DNA from: Limisphaerales bacterium
GTDB taxonomy: Bacteria; Verrucomicrobiota; Verrucomicrobiia; Limisphaerales; SIBE01
Reading direction: 5' to 3'
Length of the DNA: 39,245 nt
Assembly: GCA_044225505.1 (NCBI GenBank)
Contig: JBGAIN010000073.1
Span: 1-39,245, forward strand
This document shows, piece after piece, positions 10,105 to 17,661 of this stretch; the stretch's first letter is position 1; each line of letters begins with the position of its first letter. Under the pieces are notes generated by a model. It saw only the letters and a program-made list of their open reading frames with translations. It was not told the origin of the DNA and did not search any database. The position numbers were made by a program, and so were the translations under genes.

Positions 10105-10476
10105 ATGGATATGAAGCGAATACTCCTAGTCATCGCGGCGGTTTCCCTGATTATCGTGGTAGAGCATGACGTTCGCTCGCGTCGGGATGCGGGTCGTGGT
10201 GTCACGTCAGCCAAGATTCTCATGGCAGCGAAGGGCTATGCCGCGAGTTTGAAGGCGAAAGGGGTTCCGGTCCCCGACTCAGTCTCTGCCGAGACTTTGA
10301 TTGACCAAGGACTGCTCACTAGTCCTAAGGTGAGCGGATTCACCGGCGCCGGGGTGACCGTCAATCTGGCCGCTGATCCGAGCCGTCCACGGGACGTTGT
10401 CTTCTGGGCAAAGGGCGAGAATGACACGGAGTTTATGGCATTGGTGGACGGAAAGGTTCAGCAAGTTCGAAAATGA
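10105..10476 (+). CDS. Hypothetical exported/membrane-anchored protein (cassette)
   Basis: N-terminal hydrophobic helix, C-terminal ALVDGKVQ, flanked by attC sites. Confidence 0.7.
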   Translation: MDMKRILLVIAAVSLIIVVEHDVRSRRDAGRGVTSAKILMAAKGYAASLKAKGVPVPDSVSAETLIDQGLLTSPKVSGFTGAGVTVNLAADPSRPRDVVFWAKGENDTEFMALVDGKVQQVRK

Positions 10477-10521
10477 TTGTGGCAATCGGAGCGTTCTGAC
10501 TGCAAGAAAGCAGTGTCTTTA

Positions 10522-10590
10522 GGAACTGACGGCGAACTCTGACCCGCTCGCCCCTGCGAGCTTGCGTTTCCAGCGTCAGTCGTTCAGCTT
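10522..10590 (+). mobile_element. attC site with eroded left end
   Basis: GGAACTGACG ... CGTCAGTCGTTCAGCTTCGT-GTTCGGC. R'' is not recognisable. Confidence 0.55.
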
Positions 10591-10611
10591 CGTGTTCGGC
10601 GGATTGAAGCG

Positions 10612-11055
10612 ATGAAAATCACACGCGCAAAGATCATTGCCTTTTGGTCGCTGTTTCTTTTGTTGTGTCTCTTGCTCTGGCTTTCATGGCGTCATCGGAT
10701 TCTGTGGCTTTCCATCTTTATTCCTGCATGGGCGATTCTGGGTTTGATCAAGCCGCCGTCTTCGCCCATGCCGCGAGCATTGAAGGTGTTGTTTTTATCG
10801 GTATTCATTGTCTTTGCCCTATCGGTGGTCGTGCACGGGATCTTGTATCCTTCCTCGGCCGAGCTTTACCTTGTGGCAAAGATAGCGTGTTGGGGACTCT
10901 TGGTTCCGGCGCTTTGCGGCAAAGCCTATTTTGACTATCGGCAATTCACGGCAGTGCAGAGTGAGAGTGCCGAGCCCGGCGACCCAGCGAACGGGAACCA
11001 GCCCATTCGCTTGGCGACAAATTCAACGTCGTCGGCGCCTGGCTCCCGTCCCTGA
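10612..11055 (+). CDS. Hypothetical 4-TM membrane protein (cassette); C-terminal tail reads through attC
   Basis: Four hydrophobic helices. The last ~28 codons (AEPGDPANGNQPIRLATNSTSSAPGSRP) are attC sequence. Confidence 0.7.
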   Translation: MKITRAKIIAFWSLFLLLCLLLWLSWRHRILWLSIFIPAWAILGLIKPPSSPMPRALKVLFLSVFIVFALSVVVHGILYPSSAELYLVAKIACWGLLVPALCGKAYFDYRQFTAVQSESAEPGDPANGNQPIRLATNSTSSAPGSRP

Positions 11056-11069
11056 CCTTGGTGTTCGAC
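10969..11069 (+). mobile_element. attC site
   Basis: R'' GCCGAGC (1 mismatch to the complement of upstream GTTCGGC). CAGCGA(A)CGGGAACCAG pairs with CTGGCTCCCGTCCCTG. R' GTTCGAC. Confidence 0.8.
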
Positions 11070-11109
11070 ATCGGCATAGTCTTCCGCGATAACACGAGAT
11101 TAATTGGGT

Positions 11110-11349
11110 ATGGCCACAAAAGGTAAAGTACCGAGGCAGCACACCGAGTATCACAAGGACGGGAGTGTTTGGGGCAAGGGGATGATGATCGACGGCGTGC
11201 CCGCTGGATATTGGGAATGGTTCAGAAAAGACGGCACGAAGCTCCGGTCGGGGCACTTCGAAAATGGACTACAGGTCGGGGAGTGGATTACTTACGATAA
11301 GACGGGCCAGAAGTATAAAGTGACCAATATCAAGCCTAAGGCGAAGTAG
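11110..11349 (+). CDS. MORN-variant repeat / YwqK-antitoxin-like small protein (cassette)
   Basis: YHKDGSVWGKGMMIDGVPAGYWEWFRKDGTKLRSGHFENGLQVGEWITYDKTG. R''-like ACCGAAC lies 3 bp after the stop. Confidence 0.82.
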   Translation: MATKGKVPRQHTEYHKDGSVWGKGMMIDGVPAGYWEWFRKDGTKLRSGHFENGLQVGEWITYDKTGQKYKVTNIKPKAK

Positions 11350-11368
11350 TATACCGAACAAACCGGCG

Positions 11369-11707
11369 ATGGTCGCTGCATTCCGCGAGCGCTTCCCGGG
11401 CGTGCCGATCGAGCAAAACACGGTTGAATCGTCTGAGTTTTTCGACCGGACCTTCAATGGTGTGCTTGCTTGGGGGCTCCTGTTCTTGCTCAAGCCATTA
11501 GCTCAAGCGCTTGTCATCGAGAAGGTGGCGGGCGCGCTCCGCCCTGGAGGGCGTTTCCTCTTCACGGCCCCTCACGAGCCGCTCGAATGGCTGGATGCGA
11601 TGACCGACCGTCAGTCGCAGTCACTCGGGGCACAAACCTAGGAGCGAATGCTGCGCGATGCCGGTCTAACGTGGGTGGCCGAAGCGCAGGACGAGGGCCC
11701 GTTTTGA
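11369..11707 (+). pseudogene. Class I SAM-dependent methyltransferase fragment
   Basis: MVAAFRERFP...FNGVLAWGLLF...ALRPGGRFLFT. Motif I (GxG) is missing. In-frame TAG at 11639, and homology-like sequence continues (ERMLRDAGL...DEG). Confidence 0.7.
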
Positions 11708-11790
11708 AGTTGCTTGGGAAGTTCGGAGGGCTACATTGATAGCGTGAGCACGTTTTCCTCAGCAGTCGCTTACATAAATCGTTCGCGCCC

Positions 11791-12564
11791 ATGAATTCCC
11801 CTCTCGATTGGCAGCGAACACGCGGTTTTACCTTGATCGAGCTGCTAGTCGTCGTGGCAATCGTGGCAATTCTGGCGGCACTGCTGCTGCCCGCATTAAA
11901 CCGGTCGAAGGAGGCAGCCCGATCGACTCGGTGCAAAAGTAATCTCCGTCAGCTCGGATTTGCATTGCACCTCTATGTGCAGGACAACCAGGATCGCTAT
12001 CCGCGAGAAAGCATCTCGCCTGTGTCATTCACACGTTCTGGCCTTTGGACAGTAGCACTGAGTTCGACCTTTACCGGAACTGGCAATGGACTGTTCTGTC
12101 CTAGCCGCGTGCGGCAAAGCGTCGGGGGGCAATTCCCAAATGACCAGGTGTTTTGGTCCGGCGTGGCTTACGACTACAATACGCAAGGCACAGTTCGATC
12201 CCGGGAATCGCATTTTGGTCTGGCGTGGATTCGGAGCAGCCCTGGAGCTTTGGTAAGTCACGACGTAATCGAGAATCAAATCGCGTCTCCCGCCGAGATG
12301 ATTGCGCTAACCGAACCTGATCTACCATCGCCTCTGATAGCCGCCTCCGGGGAAAGGGTCGAGTTATCCATCGTCAGCCTCAGCATGGGCCGGTCCACGA
12401 ACTGGACGGGCGCTATTCACAACGGCTCCGGTAACGGTTTACTATGCGATGGCCACACCGAGTCTCGAAAGCAACGTTTGTGGCAGGAGCGCAACGACAG
12501 TAAAAGGCGTCGTTGGAATATCGATAACGAGCCCCATCCGGAGACATGGCCGGCCCAAGATTGA
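11791..12564 (+). CDS. Prepilin-type N-terminal cleavage/methylation protein (DUF1559 / H-X9-DG family)
   Basis: [29 protein letters not shown]...[10 protein letters not shown]-terminal [13 protein letters not shown]. Confidence 0.93.
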   Translation: MNSPLDWQRTRGFTLIELLVVVAIVAILAALLLPALNRSKEAARSTRCKSNLRQLGFALHLYVQDNQDRYPRESISPVSFTRSGLWTVALSSTFTGTGNGLFCPSRVRQSVGGQFPNDQVFWSGVAYDYNTQGTVRSRESHFGLAWIRSSPGALVSHDVIENQIASPAEMIALTEPDLPSPLIAASGERVELSIVSLSMGRSTNWTGAIHNGSGNGLLCDGHTESRKQRLWQERNDSKRRRWNIDNEPHPETWPAQD

Positions 12565-12584
12565 CGTTCGATCATGAAAACGGG

Positions 12585-12680
12585 CCCGAACCTGGCAGTG
12601 GCGAGAACAGCGGTGGACGGACGCTCTTCGCGGCGGCCTACGCGGGGGATCAACGCTACCGATCACTTTGGTCGTTCGGC
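12585..12680 (+). mobile_element. attC site
   Basis: R'' CCCGAAC 20 bp after the prepilin stop. AGTGG.. pairs with ..TCACT, then TTGGTC and R' GTTCGGC. Arm pairing is only partial. Confidence 0.65.
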
Positions 12681-12752
12681 ATGAAGCGCAGCGTCGCATT
12701 CCGTTTGGCTTTCGGCATGGTAGTGAGTGGGCTACGTGGCTGCGCCGCTCCG

Positions 12753-12841
12753 TTCCGACCGACGCTGGCGACAAACTCGGTTCACCCGCTTGCGCTCCGA
12801 GCGGGTTCTCCAGCACCAGTCGCGGGTCTTGATCGTTGGGC
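12753..12841 (+). mobile_element. Degenerate attC site
   Basis: TTCCGAC..GCTGG ... ACCCGCT/AGCGGGT inner hairpin ... CCAGC..TTGATC-GTTGGGC. Confidence 0.55.
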
Positions 12842-12871
12842 AAACTAGAACGTCGGAATTCCCCGGACACA

Positions 12872-13714
12872 ATGCGCCTCCTGACACCTGCTGACGAACC
12901 TCTCTTCAATGCGTTTCTCGCCTCGCACCGGGACAGCTCGATGTTCCTGCGCGCGAACGCGCGGCGCGCCGGACTCACCTACCGGGGAGGGGAGAATGAG
13001 GCGACCTACGTTGGAGTTTTTCGTGGTGACCGAATCGCTGGCATCGCGGCCCACTGCTGGAACGGCATGGTGCTTCTGCAGGCTCCCGAGCACGCGGCGG
13101 AGTTAGCACGGGCGTGTGTGGATCTGAGCGGCCGAGCCGTCACCGGGCTCGTGGGGCCGCTCGAACAGGTTCAACTGGCGCGGACTGCCCTGCAGATCGC
13201 CGCCGCGGATCTGGCGTTGGATGGCGCCGAGGGGCTCTACGCCCTCGACTTATCGGAGCTCATCGTTCCTGAAGCGCTGTCGAACGGAGCGGTGGTGTGC
13301 CGACCGCCGCACGCAGAAGAACGCGACACACTCTGCGCATGGCGGATAGCCTATGACATCGAGATCCTGGGTGCCACGGATTCAGAGGAACATCGGCAGC
13401 GCTCCGCGCGTTTTCTCGACGCGCAGATCGCAGAAGGAAACGCGGGGGTTGCGATTTCGGATCGCGTGCTTGTGTCGCTGTCGGCTTTCAACGCCAGCCT
13501 CCCAGATATCGTGCAACTGGGCGGCATCTACACGCCACCCGAGTTTCGCGGGCGCGGCTTTGCCAAGGCTGCCGTGGCGGCGTCGCTTCTGGTGGCCCGC
13601 GATCGGGGAGCGTCTCGGGCCGTCTTGTTCACCAACAATCCGAGCGCTGTCCGGACCTACGCCGCGATCGGATTCAAGCGAATTGGGGACTATTCGCTCC
13701 TCCTGCTACGATGA
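12872..13714 (+). CDS. GNAT family N-acetyltransferase (cassette)
   Basis: VQLGGIYTPPEFRGRGFAKAAV...LFTNNPSAVRTYAAIGF. Flanked by GTTGGGC (12835) and its exact complement GCCCAAC (13739). Confidence 0.92.
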   Translation: MRLLTPADEPLFNAFLASHRDSSMFLRANARRAGLTYRGGENEATYVGVFRGDRIAGIAAHCWNGMVLLQAPEHAAELARACVDLSGRAVTGLVGPLEQVQLARTALQIAAADLALDGAEGLYALDLSELIVPEALSNGAVVCRPPHAEERDTLCAWRIAYDIEILGATDSEEHRQRSARFLDAQIAEGNAGVAISDRVLVSLSAFNASLPDIVQLGGIYTPPEFRGRGFAKAAVAASLLVARDRGASRAVLFTNNPSAVRTYAAIGFKRIGDYSLLLLR

Positions 13715-13738
13715 CACCGCGATACGAGCCGGAGCGCT

Positions 13739-13776
13739 GCCCAACAAGTCGGGACAACGAGTCAGTGGCGAGAACA
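13739..13776 (+). mobile_element. Left arm remnant of an attC site
   Basis: GCCCAAC R''. CAGTGGCGAGAACA is identical to 14 bp of the 12585 attC. Confidence 0.5.
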
Positions 13777-13960
13777 TGAAAAAGTCGGCTAGCGACCGCC
13801 TCTCGCTTTTGGATTGTGATAAACGAACCGGAATGGGCATGCTTCGCCCCAGCCCACTTGGTAAGGAGCGATTTATGGAGCGACAAATGCCTAGATCGTT
13901 GGCGAAATTCAACAACCAGGCGTTGCGTGAACAGGGTTCGGAAACGGCGACCCGCTCCCG

Positions 13961-14446
13961 GTGTTCAATGAGATTGTGAAGGCAACGCGGAGATTCAGGC
14001 TGCTGGCGGTTACAGCAATCGGACTGGCGATGACATGGCTATGGGCCGCCCCGCCGGTGACGAAATCTCTTCTCTACATTCATTCGAACGGATGGACGGA
14101 TGCTGATCTTGTGAGGCATATCTGGCCGGTCCGTCTGGTCCAACCCGGATGGGTCACCAGCCCGCCTCAGTATGACTACCTGCGCTGGACACAGGCTGAG
14201 ACACTGGCCCGCCTCTCTGTAGTGTTCATTGCTTGGATCGCAAGTGTCGGGGGAATCGTCCGAACATCACTCCGCCGTCAGCCATTCAACCGGCCCAGCA
14301 GGTCAAAACGACGAATGAGCCGCGAGAAGATCAACCTGGAAATTAAGCCGCGCGGAATGACGCTAAGCATTACGCATGGTCGTTTGCTATTGCTCTCGGG
14401 CATCTCGCGCTTCCTCGTCAAAGCTCCTAGAATCCAAGCATGCTAG
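13961..14446 (+). CDS. Hypothetical membrane protein (boundaries uncertain)
   Basis: Two hydrophobic helices; the C-terminal third looks like run-on sequence. Confidence 0.45.
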   Translation: MFNEIVKATRRFRLLAVTAIGLAMTWLWAAPPVTKSLLYIHSNGWTDADLVRHIWPVRLVQPGWVTSPPQYDYLRWTQAETLARLSVVFIAWIASVGGIVRTSLRRQPFNRPSRSKRRMSREKINLEIKPRGMTLSITHGRLLLLSGISRFLVKAPRIQAC

Positions 14447-14658
14447 AACCAGCGCAGATCGATCGAATGTCGACGGCGGAGCGTTTGCAGGCGATGGAGC
14501 AACTCTGGGAGGCACTCTCCAGATCCCCCTCCGACGTGCCGTCACCGCGTTGGCAAGGAGAGGTATTGGCTGAGAGGAAGGCTCGGGCGGAACGGGGTGA
14601 GGTCAAGTTCTTAACCTTGGAACAGTTACGAGCACGTCTGAGGCCCGACTCGCGATGA
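14440..14658 (+). CDS. Addiction module antitoxin (TIGR02574-like)
   Basis: MSTAERLQAMEQLWEAL...PSPRWQGEVLAERKAR...FLTLEQLRARL; ATGA overlap with the downstream toxin remnant. Confidence 0.88.
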   Translation: MLEPAQIDRMSTAERLQAMEQLWEALSRSPSDVPSPRWQGEVLAERKARAERGEVKFLTLEQLRARLRPDSR

Positions 14659-14779
14659 CTGTCGTCGTCCTGGAGGATGCGGGGAGGATTTGGAGGCGGA
14701 CACGGCTTGTGTCTATGCCATTCTCGACATGCGGAAAGATCCTCGGGGATTGGAGTCGGCTTTGCAGAAAAGAAGATAG
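14655..14779 (+). pseudogene. RelE/ParE toxin remnant (frameshift plus internal deletion)
   Basis: MTVVVLEDA, frameshift, then EDLEA joined directly to the C-terminus DTACVYAILDMRKDPRGLESALQKRR*. About 41 codons in total versus ~100 typical. Confidence 0.75.
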
Positions 14780-14872
14780 CGAACCGGTCGGTGGAGCGAG
14801 TAGCGGCGGCCGAGCACTTCGGTCGAGATTGATCGTCGCGGGCTGTTGCTATCGCTCACCTTCACGTTGGGC
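14778..14872 (+). mobile_element. attC site (best preserved)
   Basis: R'' AGCGAAC overlaps the toxin stop, then CGGTC. GGTG(G)AGCGA(G)TAGCGGCGGCC pairs with GGCTGTTGCTATCGCTCACC, then TTCAC and R' GTTGGGC. Confidence 0.88.
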
Positions 14873-14959
14873 GTCATAGGCGCCGCACCAGTAATTGCTC
14901 GCCTTTGGGACTACGGCTGGCTTTGGCACGATGTCGTGAGTCTACCTTCCAGTGCTTCG

Positions 14960-15165
14960 ATTACCGGCCACCGTGTCTTGACACATGAGGAAGCGCAGCT
15001 TCGGCATGGACGCAATGTCAGGCATTGAGTCGTCCTTGGCGTCGAATGCCAACCAACCCATGCTGGGTAGATCAACGATGGCCGCAAGGCCCTGAGCCGT
15101 GACTGCAACTTTGCTGTCATCCACGTTCAGGGCAAAGTGTCCATCGAGCCCAACCAGTATAGAAA
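14960..15165 (-). pseudogene. Leucine-rich-repeat-like gene fragment
   Basis: GLDGHFALNVDDSKVAVTAQGLAAIVDLPSMGWL..DDSMPDIASMPKLRFLMCQDT shows LRR-like periodicity. No credible start or end. Confidence 0.4.
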
Positions 15166-15183
15166 ACCCGTGGGGCTGGCCGG

Positions 15184-15855
15184 TCACACGTGGCCACTTA
15201 CCGGTCGATGGTTGGACCCATCTGGCCACGCGCAGATGCAGACTCGATTGCCCGCCCGGTCGGCGAGCGTCCAGTGCGATGGCGCATGCGACTCATCGAC
15301 GATACGTCCTCCCGCTGCAATCGCTGCCTCGAGCCGTGCTTTGAGATGTTCGTGCGCAACAGACACGTCGATGTGCATCGCGTGTCGCAATGGCTTGGCC
15401 TGGGCGAGTTCCTGCATCCAGATGGTTGATCCGTGCCCAAGTGGGTCGACCGCATTGTCGTCGGCCATCGGGGTATAGCCGAGGACAGCGCGCCAAAAGC
15501 CGACGTCAATGGCATCGCGCTTCGCCGCGATCGCGACCTGCACTTCCTGCACGGCCGCACGCTCGGGAACTGCACCGTATTCCCGAGCGACTGCTGAAAC
15601 GGCCCGCGCGAGCTCGACGTGCCATGGCTCGAGGCTCCAAACGTCGCGGCTGAGCCGGACGGTGACGCGACTATCGGCAAGTGTGAGCAGCAGTCCCGCG
15701 CCCGCAATTCCTGGCGTCTTCGCTACCGCCTCGGCCAAGCGGGCCGCCTCGCTCAGCGAACCGACGCGAAAGACGGCGGTCGCGCCCCCGTGCAATATCA
15801 CCCAGTCAGCAACACCCTCAGCGGCGAGGAAACCATGCCAACCTTGCTCGCTCAT
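15184..15855 (-). CDS. Pterin-4a-carbinolamine dehydratase-like domain + VOC/glyoxalase fusion
   Basis: N-half ...VTVRL...ELARAVSAVARE; C-half FWRAVLGY, DPLGHG, AMHIDVSV, AGGRIV, WTLADRAGN. GGAGG lies 6 nt before ATG 15855. Confidence 0.82.
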   Translation of the reverse strand: MSEQGWHGFLAAEGVADWVILHGGATAVFRVGSLSEAARLAEAVAKTPGIAGAGLLLTLADSRVTVRLSRDVWSLEPWHVELARAVSAVAREYGAVPERAAVQEVQVAIAAKRDAIDVGFWRAVLGYTPMADDNAVDPLGHGSTIWMQELAQAKPLRHAMHIDVSVAHEHLKARLEAAIAAGGRIVDESHAPSHWTLADRAGNRVCICAWPDGSNHRPVSGHV

Positions 15856-16200
15856 GCGCATCCTCCATTTTTATACGGCGGTCGGCAGCCGATCGACATC
15901 CACATCCTCAGAGGTGCAAATAGCACGCTCGCTAGCAGGGCCGTGATGGCGGATCCGATCAGGAGTCGTTTACGGAATGGCTTCATTCGAATTAGCGCTT
16001 GGATAATGGATCTCAGTCAATAGACACCGGGCCACGATGATTTTATATAATTCATCGACGAGTTCAACTTCGCCAAGTTCCACGGCCACTTCAATAGGCT
16101 CTGACGATACGAGACTCCAGAAACTTCTCCAGGGGCTCTGGCAAACGGCTTGCCGTTCGCCCGGCTTTGCAGCACGTTGCTTTCTAGTATACCCGTGGCG

Positions 16201-16294
16201 ACTCAACCGATCCGTGGAGCGAAGCACGCTGGGTGACCTTTTTGCGGCGGCGAATGCTCGGGGGCGCCGCTATCGCTCACGTTTGTTGTGAAGC
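16201..16294 (+). mobile_element. attC site with mutated core
   Basis: R'' ACTCAAC, CGATC, CGTG(G)AGCGA pairing with TCGCTCACG, TTTGTT, R' GTGAAGC. Confidence 0.65.
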
Positions 16295-16326
16295 GTTGCA
16301 TTGCGGCCCATTTGAACAGACAGTTT

Positions 16327-16824
16327 ATGAATCTATTTCGACATATTATCACCACTGCAGTTTGCAGTGTCGTCTCTTTTGTCGCTATCGCAGGCGAACA
16401 AGCGGGCGCCCAAGACAAATGCGTTGCAAACCAACCCGTTGCTGTAGAACTGCAACGTCTTCAAGGAACATGGCAGGGAGTTATGGTGGGCCAGGAGAAA
16501 GATGGTCCCGTTACCATCACGATTACCGGCAATTCACTCCACTTTCACCGGGACCCAAAGTTTTGGTTTAAGGCAACATTCACACAGCCGGCCGGAACAG
16601 ACCTAAATCAACTCCACGCCACCATCAAAGATTCTGCTCCGGAACAGAAAGAGAGCGTCGGCAAAGGGGTCGTCGCTATCTACAAGATAGAAGATAGGAC
16701 ACTGACCTTGGTTCCATTAGCTGGCGGTGACGAAGAGACACCGAAAAGCTTTAAAGCCATTGAAGATAAAGGATTGCAGCGCTACGAACTGCGAAAGGTG
16801 GAACCTCAGAAGAAGAGTGCTTAG
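16327..16824 (+). CDS. Secreted TIGR03067-like domain protein
   Basis: Signal peptide, ELQRLQGTWQGV, AIYKIEDRTLTL. Confidence 0.75.
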   Translation: MNLFRHIITTAVCSVVSFVAIAGEQAGAQDKCVANQPVAVELQRLQGTWQGVMVGQEKDGPVTITITGNSLHFHRDPKFWFKATFTQPAGTDLNQLHATIKDSAPEQKESVGKGVVAIYKIEDRTLTLVPLAGGDEETPKSFKAIEDKGLQRYELRKVEPQKKSA

Positions 16825-17011
16825 CACCCAAAAGCGACCGAACCGGAAACGTCTGACCGTGCGTATGCGGACGCCGCATTTGCGCTCGCTTGGGGTCGCC
16901 CTGCAACTGCCGATGACGCGGCCGCGAGCGTCATTGGAGGTACGCCTCCGTGTCGTGGATGCCAGCGTGAGTGTTTCGTTCACAATCTTGACGAAACGTC
17001 TTGGCCAGCGC

Positions 17012-17039
17012 TTGCCGGGGTTTTCCGCTGCCGTATAAT
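17012..17039 (+). promoter_or_regulatory. Putative sigma70 promoter of the ECF gene
   Basis: TTGCCG-16 nt-TATAAT, ending 10 nt before ATG 17050 (near-leaderless, no RBS). Confidence 0.5.
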
Positions 17040-17049
17040 CCAGGCCGTA

Positions 17050-17610
17050 ATGACTGGAGTCACCCAGATCCTGCAGCGCGCGGAGCAAGGGGATCCCCAA
17101 GCGGCGGCGGAGTTGTTGCCGCTGGTTTACGATGAACTCCGTAAGCTGGCGGGTCAGAAGTTGGCGCGCGAGACGCCTGGGCAAACGCTGCAAGCGACCG
17201 CCTTGGTTCATGAAGCCTGGTTGCGTCTGGGGGGCGATGATCAACCGGCGTGGCAAAACCGGGCGCATTTTTTTGCGGCAGCGGCGGAAGCGATGAGGCG
17301 GGTCCTCATTGACCGAGCACGGCGGCGAAAGGCCATTCGTCATGGAGGCATGGCCGTGAAGACCGAGTTAGAGGCAATTGAACTGGCGGTTCCGTTGGAT
17401 GACGATCGTCTGCTGGCGCTGCATGAGGCTCTCGATCAGTTGGCGGAACACGACCCTGCGAAGGCGGAGTTGGTCAAATTGCGGTTTTTTGTCGGTCTAA
17501 AGATACCGGAAGCGGCCGCCGTCCTTGGCCTGTCGCCGACAACGGCCAAGCGTCATTGGGTTTACGCTCAGGCGTGGTTGTATCGGCGCATCAAGGCGCT
17601 CGCGACGTGA
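17050..17610 (+). CDS. ECF sigma factor, TIGR02999 family
   Basis: VTQIL...LLPLVYDELRKLA...TLQATALVHEAWLRL...NRAHFFAAAAEAMRRVLID...VKLRFFVGL...A.AWL. Confidence 0.96.
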   Translation: MTGVTQILQRAEQGDPQAAAELLPLVYDELRKLAGQKLARETPGQTLQATALVHEAWLRLGGDDQPAWQNRAHFFAAAAEAMRRVLIDRARRRKAIRHGGMAVKTELEAIELAVPLDDDRLLALHEALDQLAEHDPAKAELVKLRFFVGLKIPEAAAVLGLSPTTAKRHWVYAQAWLYRRIKALAT

Positions 17611-17661
17611 AAAGCCAACGGGTCCGCGATGTGACGCAGATGGCAGCCTCAGCGCCTTGGA

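Noticed and set aside
16825..17049. 75 stop-free codons linking the TIGR03067-like TAG in frame to the ECF ATG (possible readthrough fusion)
   Set aside because: Plausible by chance in GC-rich DNA, a secreted protein fused to a sigma factor is unlikely, and a promoter-like element lies within it.
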